Below are positions 12,981 through 26,275 of a stretch of 64,000 nucleotides of DNA, one piece after another; positions within the stretch are counted from its first letter, which is position 1, and every line of letters starts with the position of its first letter. Source of the stretch: the human T2T-CHM13v2.0 reference genome, Homo sapiens; the NCBI RefSeq assembly GCF_009914755.1, contig NC_060948.1, one strand, 5' to 3'. A program made the translations under genes and the position numbers. The notes below the pieces were generated by a model. That model had not been told where the DNA came from, did no database searches, and saw only the letters and a program-made list of their open reading frames with translations.

Positions 12981-13810
12981 TGATATTGTTTCAATTTTTT
13001 GAATGTTTTAAGACTAGTTTTGTGACTTATTATATGGTCTGTCATTGAGAATGATCCATGTGCAGGGGAGAAAAAAATGTGCATTCTGTAGCTGTTTGAT
13101 GAAATGTTCTGTAAATATTAGTTCCATTTGTTCTACTATGCAGATTAAATCTGAAGTTTCTTTGTTGATTTTCTGTGTGGAATATCTGTCCAATCCTGAA
13201 AGCGGGGTGAAGTCTCTAACTATTATTGTATTAGGGTATATCACTCTCTTCAGCTCTAGTAATACTTGTTTTACATGTCTTGGTGTGCCAGTGTTGGGTG
13301 CATATATGTTTACAAATGTTAAATCTTCTTGTGGAATTGACCCCTTTATCATTGTATAATGACCATTATTGTGTTTTATACTTTTCGTCTTTAAATCTGT
13401 TTTGTCTAATGTCACTATACATACTCCTGCTCTTTTTTGGTTTATATTGGCATGGAATATCTTTTTCCATCTTTTTTTTTAGTGTGTGTTTATCTTTATA
13501 GGTGAAATGTGTTTCTTGTAGGCAACAGGTCATTGGGTCTTCTTTTGTTTAATCAGTTCAGCCACTCTGTCTTTTGATTGGAGAGTTTATTTTATTTACA
13601 TTCAATATTATTATTGATAAGTAGGTACCTACTCCTGCCATTTTGTTATTTATTTTCAATTATTTTGCGGTCTTTTTTTCTGCCTTACTGTCTTCCTTTT
13701 CTCTGGTGGTATTCTTTAACTTCTTGCTTTTTAGTTTTTGTGTATCCATTGTATGATTTTTGCTTTGAGATTACCATGAGGCTTGCAACTATTATCTTAA
13801 AACTGATATT

Positions 13811-14104
13811 ATTTTTTTGAGACAAAGTCTCGCTCTGTCACCCAGGCTGGAGTGCAGTGGCACGATTTTGACTCATTACAACCTCCACCTCCTGGGTTCA
13901 AGTGATTATTTTGCCTCAGCCCCGCAAGTAGCTGGGATTACAGACATGCACTACCATGCCCATCCAATTTTTGTATTTTTAGTAGAGACAGGGTTTTGTC
14001 ACGTTGGCCAGGCTGATCTCAAACTCCTGACCTCAGGTGATCTGCCTGCCTCGGCCTCCCAAAGCACTAGCCAGGATTACAGTCTTGAGCCACAGCAACC
14101 AACC
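13811..14104 (-). mobile_element. AluS inserted in L1
   Basis: gagacaaagtctcgctctgtcacccaggctggagtgcagtgg...ctcctgacctcaggtgatctgcc. Confidence 0.95.
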
Positions 14105-14922
14105 TGATTTTTTAAATGGATAACAATAACACTGATTGCATAAACAAACATGCAAAAAAAAAAACTAATAAAAACTCTACACTTTAACTTCATCCCCCCA
14201 TTATTTTAACTTTTTATTGTTTTTCTTTATGTCTTATTTTGCTGTGTCTTGCAAAAATGTTGGAGTTATTATTTTTGATTGGTTCATAATTTATTCTTTC
14301 TATTTAGAGTAAGAGTAGTTCACACACCACCATTACAGTGTTATACTCGTCTGTGTTTTTCTCTGTACTTACTATTAATATTCCCCATGAGTTTTGTATC
14401 TTCAAGTGATTTCTCCTTGCTCATTATCATCCTTTTCTTTTAGATTGGAGATTTCCCTTTAGTATTTCTTATAGGACATGAAATCCCTCAGGTTTTGGTT
14501 GTGTGGGAAGGGCTTTATTTCTCCTTCATGCTTACAGAATATTTTCACAAGATATACTATTCTAGAATAAAAATTTTATTTCCTTCAACAGTGTAAATAT
14601 GTCATTCCACTCTCTCTTGTCCTGTAAGGTTTCTACTGAAAAGTTTGATGCAAGATGTATTGGAGCTTCAATGTATGTTATTTGTTTCTTTTCTCTTGCT
14701 GCTTTTAGGATCCTTTCTTTATCCTTAACCTTTTGGAGTTTGATTATTAAATGCCTTGAGGTGATCTCCTTCAGGTTAAATCTGCTTGGTATTCTGTAAC
14801 TTTCTTGTACTTGAGTGTTAATATCTTTCTCTAGGTTTGGAAAGTTTTCTAATATTATCCATTTGAATATACTTTCTACCCCTGTTTCTTTTTCTACCTC
14901 CTCTTTAAGGCCAGTAACTCTT

Positions 14923-15236
<314 letters not shown>

Positions 15237-18200
15237 TTATATGTGCCCTTTTTAGGCTATTTCCTAGATCTTGTAGGCATGCTTCATAGTTTTTTATTCT
15301 TTTTTCTTTTGTCTCCTCTGACTGTGTATTTTTAAATAACCTGTCTTCAAGCTCACTAATTCTTTGTCTGCTTGATCACGTGTGCTATTAAGAGAATCTG
15401 ATGCATTATTCAGCATGTCAGTTGCATCTTTCCACTCTAGAATTGTTGGATTTATCTGATAAAATTCTGAATTCCTTCTCTGTGTTATCTTGAATTTCTT
15501 TGATTTTCCTCAAAACAGCTTTTTTGAATTATCTCTCTGAAACATCATATATCTCTCTTTCTCCAGGATTGGTCCCTGGTGCCTCATTTAGTTCATATGA
15601 TGATGTCACATTTTCCTGGATGGTATTGATATTTGTAAGTGTTCATCGGTGTCTGGGCATTAAAGAGAGTTAGATATTTATTGTAGTTTTCAGTGTCTGG
15701 GCTTGTTTTTCCCTATCCTTATAGGGAAGACTTTCTAGGAATTTGAAGGGACCTGGGCTCCAAGTCTAATAATGCTGTGGTTCTTGCAGACTCATAGAGG
15801 TACCTCTTTGGTAGTCTTGGATAATATCTGGAAGAATTCTTGGAATCACCAGGCAGAGAGTATGCTCTTTTCTCTTGCTTTCTCTCAAACAAATGAAGTC
15901 TCTTTTCCTGTGCTGAGCTGTCTGCAACTGGGGGTGTGGTGATGCAAGCACCTCTGTGGCCACTACCACTGGGACTTTGCTAGGTCATTCCTGAAGCCAG
16001 CACAGTTCTGGCCCTTGCCCATGGCCTTCTCTTCAGGGTGGCAAGTTCCTATAAGCCCAGTGATGCTTTCTTAGAGCCAGGGATTATTCTATTCTACTGC
16101 GGCTAAGCTTGCCCTCAAACCACAATACAAAGTCCTTCCCACTGTTCTCTTCCCTTTCCACAGGCAGAGGAGCCTCTCCCTGTGGCCAGCAGTACACCAG
16201 TCCATGGGGGATTTCTTCCAGGCCACCGCTTATGTTCCCTTAAAGCCCAAGACCTCTTGCATCAGCCTGTGGTGAATGCAGCCAGGCTTGAACTCACCCT
16301 TTATGGCAATGGACTCCCTCTGGCCAAGGGCATGTCTAGAAATGCTGTCCAAGAGCCTAGGCGTGAACTCAGGAACCCCAAAAGACTGCTTGTTGCTCTA
16401 CCCCACTGTGGCCAAGCTGGTATCTAGGGTGCAAAACAAAGTCCCTTTTGCAGTTCCCACTGCTTTTCTCAAGCAGAAGGAGTTTTGCCCTATAACCACC
16501 ACTGCTGATAGTGCGCTGAGTTTCCCTGAAGCCATCACATCTCAGAGGCTCACTAAGACCTTCGTGTAGTACCTGGGTATCACTGCTGATTATTCAGAGC
16601 CCAAGGGCTCTTCAGTTAACAGGTGATAAATGCTGACAGGACTGCATCCTTTCCTTCAAGGCAGAAGGTTCCCTTTTGACCCAGGATGTGTCTAGAAATA
16701 CCATGTCGGAGCTAAGGCTTGGAATGAGACCTTCTTGAATGTGCCCAGTGCCCTGTCCTACTGTGGCTGAGCTGGTATCTATGATGCAATACAAAGTCTT
16801 CTTTATTCTTCATTCTCCTCTTGTTAAACAGAAAGTAGGAGTCCCTTTCATTGTTATGAGCCACACTGCCTGGGGTAGGGGGTGGCATGGTGCAAGCACT
16901 CCCATAGCCTCACCAGCTAGTGTCTCCTTAGGACACATGCCACTCTGTTCACTGGCTCTAGGTCGAGCCTAGCACAAGGAGTTCCCTAGGAATTGCAGAC
17001 CTTGTTTCCTAGACTGCTTTTCAAGTATATCAAAGATCCTAGAGTACATTAGCTTGTGGTGGCAAGGCTTGATGGGAAACCCAAGTTCCAACAACTGGGA
17101 TGGCAGATTCCCCTCTGACTAGGGCTGGTCCAAATGCTCCTTCTGTGCATGAGTGCTGGCTGAGTTCGGCATTTATTTATTTACTGTGACAGGGTAGCAC
17201 TGAGTTCAATGTAAAGTCTCCCAGTCACTGCTCTCTGTCTTCCCAAAATGCACATATTCTTTCTCCATACCTCGTGGCCACAACCAGGGGCTGGGGGAAG
17301 GGTGGCATCAGTGATTCAAGACTGTCTCTTCTGCCCTCCTCAATGCTTCTTTCCAGGTTATGAAGTTAAAGCCGTGTACTATGATTGCTTACCTGATTTT
17401 TAGTTCTTGTGATGGTGCTTTTCTGTGTGTAGATAAAATTTGGTGTTGCAGCGGGGGAAATGGTAAGTATAGGCTTCTATTCCATCATCTTGCTCTGCCT
17501 TCTCTTTACAACTGTGGCAATATTCGTTGCAGAAGAGTGTGTATTGTCCTTTTACTTTAAGCCTACGCTGAAAATGAGAGAGACAATTCTCATTCCATAT
17601 CTAATACAATGAGTGGAAACTGGAAAGCTAACTGGTAAAAGGAGTGAGAATAAGATAAGATATCTTACCATGTTTCATCCACCTTACCTAATTTATAGTC
17701 TCTAAATATCTGCAGAGCATTTATACAGGAACCTGGAGGCAATGGAAGAGCAATATACTTGTATGTATGAATATATGCAGGATAGATTTTCAGATGAATA
17801 GGTAACTGATGGTCATTGTTGAATGGGTCAGTTCTTTAGGGGTAGTAGGAGTCTAAATGAGGCAAGTAGCACCTTTAATGATGAGACAGTTAATCCGGAT
17901 ATTTCAACAAAGATGGGGGTGGTTTGTTTTGTACAGAAAAATAGTTAAATGACTAGAATACTGGGAGGCCGTACCCATTTTGGAATTGTAACAGGAGAAT
18001 CTGATTTAGACTCATCCAGGTAGGATAAAAGCTGGCTATAAACATGTGTAGGACAATGTCAAGGTGCTGTTTGCAAGTGTTTCATGTGTGCATGATAGAA
18101 TACAATTTGATGCTCACCAAGTTCATTTATTTTCTTTTCTTATGATGCATCATTTACACGTGGTCATTCAAAGATGCTTTGTTTCCATTAGATATGTTTA

Positions 18201-19374
18201 TAAAAGCATGATTTTATAATAATCTGAATTAGAATGACCTGGGGAGCATGTTAAAAGTAAAATGTTCCTTTAGGTGGCTCTTGGATCCACAATAAGAAAT
18301 ATCTATCTCTTTAATTCCTTTTTGCCAATATGCTACTTTGTACATAATACTTCTGTAATGAAAGACATTTTTAGACCAAACTGTCATTGGGCATTGGAAA
18401 AGTACAAAAACGATGGCAGTTTTTCTATATTCTGATAAAGTGAAGTTAAAGTGAGACCAGATTAAAAGATACGATTCAGTTTCATATAGAAAATAAGGCT
18501 TGTGGTAGTAAAGTTAGACATTTTCAGAAAATGCAAATGAATTTATTTATGTCTGAAAATGAAGAGGAAAAACAAACCTCCATGTTTCCTATTTTACACA
18601 TTCATCTAGTTTTAAAAGCTATAAATATACTAGTGCATCTTTAATCATACAATTTTTTTCTTAGTGTGCTTCAATACTCATTTTTATGTTATGTGAAAAA
18701 AAAATTTGTTCTATTCATTCACCTATTGACCACTCAATTTAGCTTATAGGAAAATATAGATATTTGTGTGAAACTATAGTTATAGAGACAGAAATCAGAG
18801 ATGGAAACAATGCAACAGATCATTTCATTTTTTAACAGTCAATATTTTTTCACATAATACACTTAGAGAATTTTTCTTACCCAATATTTAATTTCATGAG
18901 TAATGAATCATTTATTAATTTGTAAAGTGTTAATTCCAGCTGAAATTGTCATTTTATTTTCTCTATTTAGATAAATTACTTTTCTTTTTTTTTGTTTTCC
19001 TTTCTTAATATTATTCCATCGCTCAAAATTCTATCTATCCTGGGGTTAAATGCAATGTGTGTGCTATATCACATACAGAGAATTTACCGACAATAGCAGC
19101 CTTTCCAAGCCCTGTCTCTGTAACTAACCACTCCATGGGTATAGAGCTCACAGGTAAAAATTGATATAAGGAATGAAGCAAAACAAAGTTGCACAATATT
19201 TGCATGGGGATACTTTTATTCTTAGTGGTAATTACACAGAGGGATTGTGTTCTCCTTCTTGCAATACTGGATTCTAGATTCAAAAATACTTGAAATGCTT
19301 TTTCTGGTTTCTACCTGCATCTCACGAGGCCTCTATTGGAATTCTATAATAACCAGCCATGGTATTTCCGTAGG

Positions 19375-19570
19375 TCAGTGGGTCTCTGAAACTTTTAGTG
19401 TTCAGGAAACTCATCTGAGGCTCTTGAAAGCATGTTGATTTCAAGGTTCCACAGCTAGAAACAGCAATTTGGCAGGTCAGAAGTAAAGTTCAGGAAACTA
19501 CGTTGTTAACAGGTACCTCAGCACCTTTGAATGCAGGTGGCTTTTGAACTTAGCTTTGAGAAACACTGAT
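19375..19570. mobile_element. MER5-like hAT DNA transposon fossil
   Basis: cagtgggtctctgaaactt...ttaacaggtacctcag...ctttgagaaacactg, with terminal inverted-repeat-like ends. Confidence 0.5.
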
Positions 19571-19889
19571 TTCAGCTATGCCTACCCTGAGCAAATACCT
19601 AGTATGGGATTTTTATTTGAATGAACAAATCATATTCACCTTTGTGGCATACAGTGTGTTGAATTGAAACAAAGAAGCAAAATGAGCTTTCATAAAGTGA
19701 CTCAGACTAGGTATTATTTTAATGACTTTTTACAAATTATGTGAGCAATCTTCAGTTTGTTCAAGGGTATTTTAGTTTTCTTGGACTTAAATAAAGTTTC
19801 TATTTCAGAATCATTCTGCTTCTTTAAAAGAAAAACTATCCAGATCCACAAAATTTACTCGTAAGAACTGAACAAGTTTCAATCACCTT

Positions 19890-20072
19890 TTTAATCTGAT
19901 TAAATCCTCACAAAAATTCAGTGTGAATAACTATCACCTTTTCATTTTACACATGGGGAAATTGAGCTCTATTATGATCAATTTCCCCAAGACATGCATT
20001 TAGTAAGCACAAATCCTGCCTCAAATATGTTTACTTCAGACCATAACTTGTTTTCTTTCCACTGTACTAGGC
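19890..20072 (-). mobile_element. MIR SINE
   Basis: ttaaatcctcacaa...cattttacacatggggaaattgag...ctttccactgtactaggc. Confidence 0.6.
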
Positions 20073-21182
20073 AGTAGTGTACAAAAACATCAAGCATAAT
20101 ACCTAGAGGCTGTGGAAAGGTACTTCTTGTTGGTATGCCATGCCTTAATAAGGAAATGAAGGTATAGTAAGACTTTGGTAAAATTAATTGCATTGGAAGA
20201 GATGCCTGAACTCTCCTTGTGATTGCAATTATTTATCTGAGTGGGCATGGGAGAGACAGAGAAATTGGTAGTAAAAGATAAAGAGAAAAAATTCCGTGTA
20301 AGGAAATATGTTAGCCGCTAGCCCAAACATTCTTTCAATGACAGCAGGTTTATGGTCTCTAAAAAAGGTCTTGCATCATTTTACTTGAATTCTTTTTATA
20401 ACATTTTGCATGTCTCTGAGAGAAAACCAATGAGAGACCACAGCAATTTTTTGTAATTGTTATGATCAAGTGAAGATGTGCCAAACTTCCTAGTGCAATG
20501 TAGTGAGAGGCCAATGTTTATCACCCAGAAAGGGAAGCAAAAGACTCAGCTATAGTTTGTTCAGAAATCCTTCCAGTAAGGTCTGTGATCGATTAAATAG
20601 TTTCTCTGTTGGGTTTTACTGAGATCAAACTTTGATGCTCACAATGTAGAATAGACGTGTTAAATGGGTTGGGACAGGATAAGAATCATAAAGGCATGAT
20701 TACACCAAAAGGGACAAATAACCAAAATTCCATAGCTTTTGTGGGACTGAGGGTACCCTCATCAAATATGTAAAATCTTTAAGTTATGTTATTTCAGTAA
20801 ATCCAAATTAAGTCATTTATTTTTAATGGCATTTGGCTTTTTTGTTTCCTGACAGTTAATACAATATTCTGAGTTGAATACATAAATACAATAAAATTGA
20901 CTTCTGCCCAGCTGGGTTTATTCAAAATTTCTAGATTCTCAATTTTTATTTTCTGGCACCAAAAATACATAAAAAATCTTTGTGTATTCAAATGATCTCT
21001 TAAACACTAATTTAGACCTAGCATGCTGGAAGTATGTGTTAAAATCATTTGTGAAGAATGTACTTATTTGATAAACAAAGCCTTCTTCACTTGAAATATT
21101 GGAAATAATTTCTGAGTTCCAAAACACTGACATTCAATGAACATTGCCTTTCATTACTTTTGTTAATACATCTTTTTATACA

Positions 21183-21310
21183 CATCATTTGTACAACAAA
21201 ACTGTATAGCATCTATCATGGGCCAAGCATTGTGCTAGGTGCCAGGGAATAATGGTGAGCAAGACAAAAATGGTATTGGCCTTCACAGAGTTTATACTAA
21301 CTTTGAGGAC
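21183..21310 (-). mobile_element. L2 3'-end fragment
   Basis: caacaaaactgtatagcatctatcatgggccaagcattgtgctaggtgccaggg...ggccttcacagagtttata. Confidence 0.65.
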
Positions 21311-21737
21311 AAAGAGGTAAGCCAGCCCCACAACCACAGTAAACTTTGAAGGTAACCTGATTTTTTTTTCATAGCCTTCACATGATACCCGGAAAGTAGT
21401 AGGCAATCAGTGTATACCTGTTGCATGAATAGAGGAAAACACAGTATAGCTGAAGGAACACCCGAGCAGACGTAAGGAAATATTAATCCTAGCTTTAACT
21501 CTATTGTTGAATGACCATGTAGTATATGCAAAATTGTTTCCACTTCATGAACTTCAGTTTGCTTTAATGTAGAATTAGAGTAGTCAACATTATGAAATTT
21601 ATTTCATGCTACTTCCAACAATATATAACCATATAATACTGAAAATATCATTTTAAATATTTGAATAAAGGCATTTATAATTGCTTGTACAGCAGGCCTC
21701 ATTCCTGTTATCTGCTTATATTAAATGTTTCAAAAAA

Positions 21738-21800
21738 GAAGGAAGGAAGGGAGGAAGGAAGGAAGGAAGGAAGGAAGGAAGGAAGGAAGGAAGGAAGGAA
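21738..21800 (+). repeat. (GGAA)n microsatellite with 12 uninterrupted units at 21753-21800
   Basis: Read directly from the sequence. Confidence 0.98.
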
Positions 21801-23149
21801 GCACAGACATCAATTGCAAACAAACTCATCACAAATCTCACTTCAATTATATAGTGTATAAACTTCTAAAAGTAAGAAACATATAGGAGTATTCCTAGAC
21901 TAGTTTCTTGAGGGAACTTAAACTAAAGCTCAGATCTAAATATTTCCAGTTTGGCAAATTCAGAAATACCTTTATTTCCATTAGTATTTTTGACCTCCCA
22001 AAACTTAAATGAATATTTCACAAATCTTTCATTATAGTAATGAAAAAGGTTAAGTTGTTATTTGTGATCAGATTTAGACTGTCATATTTTGAGTGTCTCG
22101 GTAGGGAAAATAAGTGCTTCATAAAGAATATTACTGTTATTATTAGCCCTATGCTTGTTCCTGGAAACAAAATGGAGTAGTGTTTCCCTGTGGACTCAAT
22201 AGACTATTAAAACTATTGTGGCCGTCTTCTGCATACCTGTTATCACCAGTTATAAAAAAAAATTGTCTCTTTATTGAAAGTTGAACTTCAGGGCTTTTTT
22301 TTTTCTTTTAAGATGAAGATACTGGAAGACTTGGCATCTTTACAATATTTCAGTTTAAACATTCCAAAGGAACTGCTCATGTTGCAAAATATTTATAAAA
22401 TGTTTTATCTAATGTAATTAAATCCCAATAGTACAGAAAGCTTAAATCTTTCTTCATTTTTCTTCTTCATTTTTTACTTTTACAGAGAATATATGCATTT
22501 TAGGCAACTTTTGCTCTACTTTTTGAAACTCAACATTAGATGTGTGTATACAAGTTTTGTTCATTTAGGTAAGTTTTCTTGAAACACGCTTATGATATTT
22601 GCAGGGATAACATCTTCAAGTCATTTTAAGAGTGCTAATCAGTGATTCTTAGGATTTTTGGCAGAATGAGGGTAGTTATAAAAAGGAGCAGCAACACTGT
22701 TTGTATAGCATGGTACCACTCTCTCGATTAACAGTACTTTACATTAAAATTTTGCTCAGCTGAGCAGCTGACTATGCTAATTCTTCAGAGTTGTGTTAAG
22801 CCTTACTCATTTTTTTTCTAAGCCTACTTGCCAGGAATAGCATGAGAAAATGAACATTTTCAAGGTCAGTGAAAATAGGATCACATGGCTGCTTCGTTGA
22901 TATTGTCACTCAGTGTATTTTTGCATGTTTATTTCTCTGGAGGTCTTGATCTGATTGTAGGTGTTTCATGATTTGCTATGCACACACATACTCTCTCACA
23001 CATGCCTATATAGAATTGTCATGAATATCCATTTATCATAATACTTGTTTATTGTTCAATTCCCTAAGTTATAAGAGCCCAAGGAATCTGCTTCTCTCCC
23101 CAGAAAATTAATAACAGCAAAAATTATCAACTTATGATTTGAAGACATC

Positions 23150-23301
23150 TGTATCTGCTTCCTGTTGCAAATGACAAATGTAGTCATTTGTAATAAATGG
23201 CTACAAACTTAGTGGTTTAAAACAACACAAATTTACAGTTCTGGAGGTTGGAGATCTATAGTGGGCCTCACTGGGATAAAATCAGTGTCAGCAGGCCTGC
23301 A
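23150..23301 (-). mobile_element. MLT1 (MaLR) LTR fragment
   Basis: ctacaaacttagtggtttaaaacaacacaaatttacagttctggagg...aaaatcagtgtcagcagg. Confidence 0.65.
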
Positions 23302-23336
23302 TGGTGCATTGTACACAGTGGGTGCTTCACAGATAG

Positions 23337-23888
23337 AGTTGATTTTCACTATTTGAGGATTCTGTATTTGCAAATGCCGCTACTCTCTAAAATTTACTTG
23401 TAACCTCACAATCAATATTCATGAAGCTTTTCAGTCATTCACAGACATGGACAGAGCAGCAACAAATGTGATGTGCCTCATGCTCGGGTTTCCAGCTGAG
23501 CTCCAGCAAGGCCCTGCTCTGCCCTGTTCCAGCTCTAATACAGAAATGACCAGAAGATAGAGATGGCAGGAAACAGTGCAATGTAGTGCAAGAAGCTCTG
23601 ACTGAGACCCCCTTGAATGGGATTTAAATCCCACCTCTGATATCTGTTAGTGGGTGTCCTCAGGCAAGTCACTTAAAACTTATGAAGGCCATTTTCTCTT
23701 TTCTAAAGTAAAAAAAAAAATAGATTCTACCAGGAAAAGTTTTTTTAGGCTTTAATTTGATAATCTATGTGAGATATGTGTACATATGTACATGTTTCCC
23801 CTAGGAGCAATGTTTTAGTAAATTAGCTAATTCATAGTTCACAGCTACTTCATAGAACATGACTACTTCGAATAACAATAGCCAACTG
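23337..23888. mobile_element. MER82-like Tigger-derived DNA transposon
   Basis: agttgattttcactatt...gtatttgcaaat...aaatttacttgtaacc...ccagctgag; ends gaataacaatagccaactg followed by TA. Confidence 0.7.
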
Positions 23889-23999
23889 TATCTGTTGAAT
23901 AAAGGAATGAATCACTGACCCAGAAATATTATTATTTATGGTATGACCTTGTTACATGAATTGATGGTAACGGTTGCTCAGCGATTTCCCAAAGGATGT

Positions 24000-24482
24000 T
24001 GTGGTAGGCAGAATAATGCCCTTCCCCAAGGATGTCCACATCATCTGTGGAAACCATGAATGTGTTAGATTACAAAGTGAAGGAGGATTATAGTTGCAGA
24101 TATAATTAAGGTTGCTAGTCAGTTGACCTTAAAGTAAGGAGATTATTTTCATTATCTTGATGGGCCAATATAATCTCAAGAACTCTTCAAAGTAGAAGAG
24201 GAAGGCAGAGGAAGGTGAACAACGACTTGGCCCAGCATGCTGGCTCTGAGGATATAACAGGACCAAGATTCCAAGAGTGTAGCTGACCTGTAGAAGCTAG
24301 AAAAGGGAGGGAAATAGATTATCTCCCAGAATCTCCAGAAAGGAATGCACCCTGCTGACACTTTCATCTTATCCCAGTGAGACTTACAGATTTCTGACTT
24401 TTGGATCTGTAACCTAGGAAATTTGTGTTAAGTGACAAAGTTTGTAGTAATTTGTTACAGTAGCAATAGGAAACAAATACAG
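24000..24482 (+). mobile_element. MLT1C/D-type solo LTR
   Basis: tgtggtaggcagaataatgccc...gtagtaatttgttacagtagcaataggaaacaaataca, with TG...CA ends. Confidence 0.85.
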
Positions 24483-24718
24483 ATGTCTCCAAATCATAAG
24501 TTGATAATTGTTGCTGTTGTTGATGTTGTATTACTCGGAATGTATAAAAATTAACCCGGTACTAAAAAAGAGTCAAATGAGAACAATACCTTAGCTAAAA
24601 AGATTTGCCCTTCAATATCATTTGAGATCATGGGGTAAAAAAGACTGGAAATGACAGCACAAATTGGGAATTTTACCAGGAGCAACTGCTGGATATAGAA
24701 GAAGATTTAACTTGATCC

Positions 24719-25243
24719 TGTAGGAGAGGCAAAATTTTGCCCCTACCTTCTTAGGGATTTTTGGCTTCGGGACTGAGAATTATACCCATGTAAGACAGAT
24801 AAACAGAAGAAAATGATACAAGTTTTTTCAATACAAGTTTTATGTGGCACAGGAGCCATCATAAAGAAATGAAGACCCAAAGACCCTGAGTTATTTATAT
24901 GCTGAATTGGACAAAGTGTAATAAATTGTGAAAATATGACAAGGCAAAGCGGCTTTGGCTAGGTTAGTTATTTGGGTGGAGAAGTAACTGGATAGATAAA
25001 GTTAATTTAACCAGGTTTGTTTGTACAGATTTTTCTCAGTCTCAGTTTCCTGTTCTTGGTGATAAAAATGTCCTTCCAGTATAGGGAAGACATCTTTCAC
25101 ATGGAAATTTCATATCTTCCTTTTAAGAAACAGAATGAAAGTCAGACCGATCATGCACCTATTATTTTTCAAGTTTCTTTAGTTCAAAATAATTCTTAGC
25201 ACAAAGTGGCATACTTTGGAGCAGTGTGTTTTGAATTCATTCA
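24719..25243. mobile_element. Old ERV solo LTR-like element, family not assigned
   Basis: TG...CA bounded segment of about 520 bp with LTR-like motifs (aaatgaagacccaaag; caaagtggcatactttgg). Confidence 0.5.
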
Positions 25244-25832
25244 ATACTAATAAAATCCACACCACATATTTCAAGCTCCAGAGAGAGTTGGATCTACCAA
25301 TGTATCACATGGGTCACATGATTTTGTAAAATTGCAAAAATGATATTAGTAAAATAATAATAGTAAGATACTAAAGAGTCCCCCTCATATTAAATAATTT
25401 TCAGGGCACAGAAAACCTAGCTCTGCCCCTGCTTGAATACCTTTCAGGAAACTTGAGAGAGATCTGACTCCAAAATGAAAACATGTGTCTCATGCACAGC
25501 TGTACATGTTTCCCTCCCCAGAACACATTTTCCATTGAGGGGAATTCATATGACAAGGACATATGAGGAGTGAGATAGGGATAGGAAGTAGTAGCAATTA
25601 CATAATTCATCTCCTGTTGATCAATTAAGCACTTACTATGTGGCTAATCATTGTAGGCTACAATGAGATCTATGACTCATTCCAATTTCACTAATAACTT
25701 GAAGCTTAATTGGGAAGATGAAATGCACATGGACACATCATCATTAGTATTATGTAATATACAATTAGGCACTAATAAATAAGGTACTGGAAACTAGAGA
25801 ATAGCACAATAAAATACAACTTTGGCTGAGCC

Positions 25833-25837
<5 letters not shown>

Positions 25838-25863
<26 letters not shown>
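25838..25863. repeat. (CA)n microsatellite
   Basis: Read directly from the sequence. Confidence 0.95.
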
Positions 25864-25867
<4 letters not shown>

Positions 25868-26059
25868 AACATACACATATATGCACACATAACTCAATAT
25901 TGGTTTCATAGCAGAAGTGAGAACTTGATTTGATCTCAAGGCATGATGATTATATGATGGTTATTTAATTTGCAGCAGTGGCTAGAATAATAGCAAAATA
26001 GACCAAAAATATGTTGTTTTATAAATACTGAATGGAATGGCTTTATTACAGAAAATTAA

Positions 26060-26275
26060 AGTACCCAATGGGCTGAGTACCTTACATCATTTATTTCAAT
26101 TTATCTTTACAACAATACTCTGGGGTAGGTACAGTTTATTATCTTTGTTTCACTAATGGGGAAACTGAGACTTAGAATAGTTTAACAATTTTTTCAGTGA
26201 TGTCACAAATCCATTATGTGGCAAAGCCAAGACTGAAACCCAGGCCTACCTGACACCACAGTCTAACTCTTATGC
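26060..26275 (-). mobile_element. MIR SINE
   Basis: ctttacaacaatactctggggtaggtac...aatggggaaactgagacttaga...ggcaaagccaagactgaaacccagg. Confidence 0.7.

Noticed and set aside
17505-17525. TSD for the L1/SF3A2 chimera (ctgtggcaata vs cagtgcaata at about 8857-8866)
   Set aside because: The match is short, gapped and offset from the element ends, so it is not convincing.
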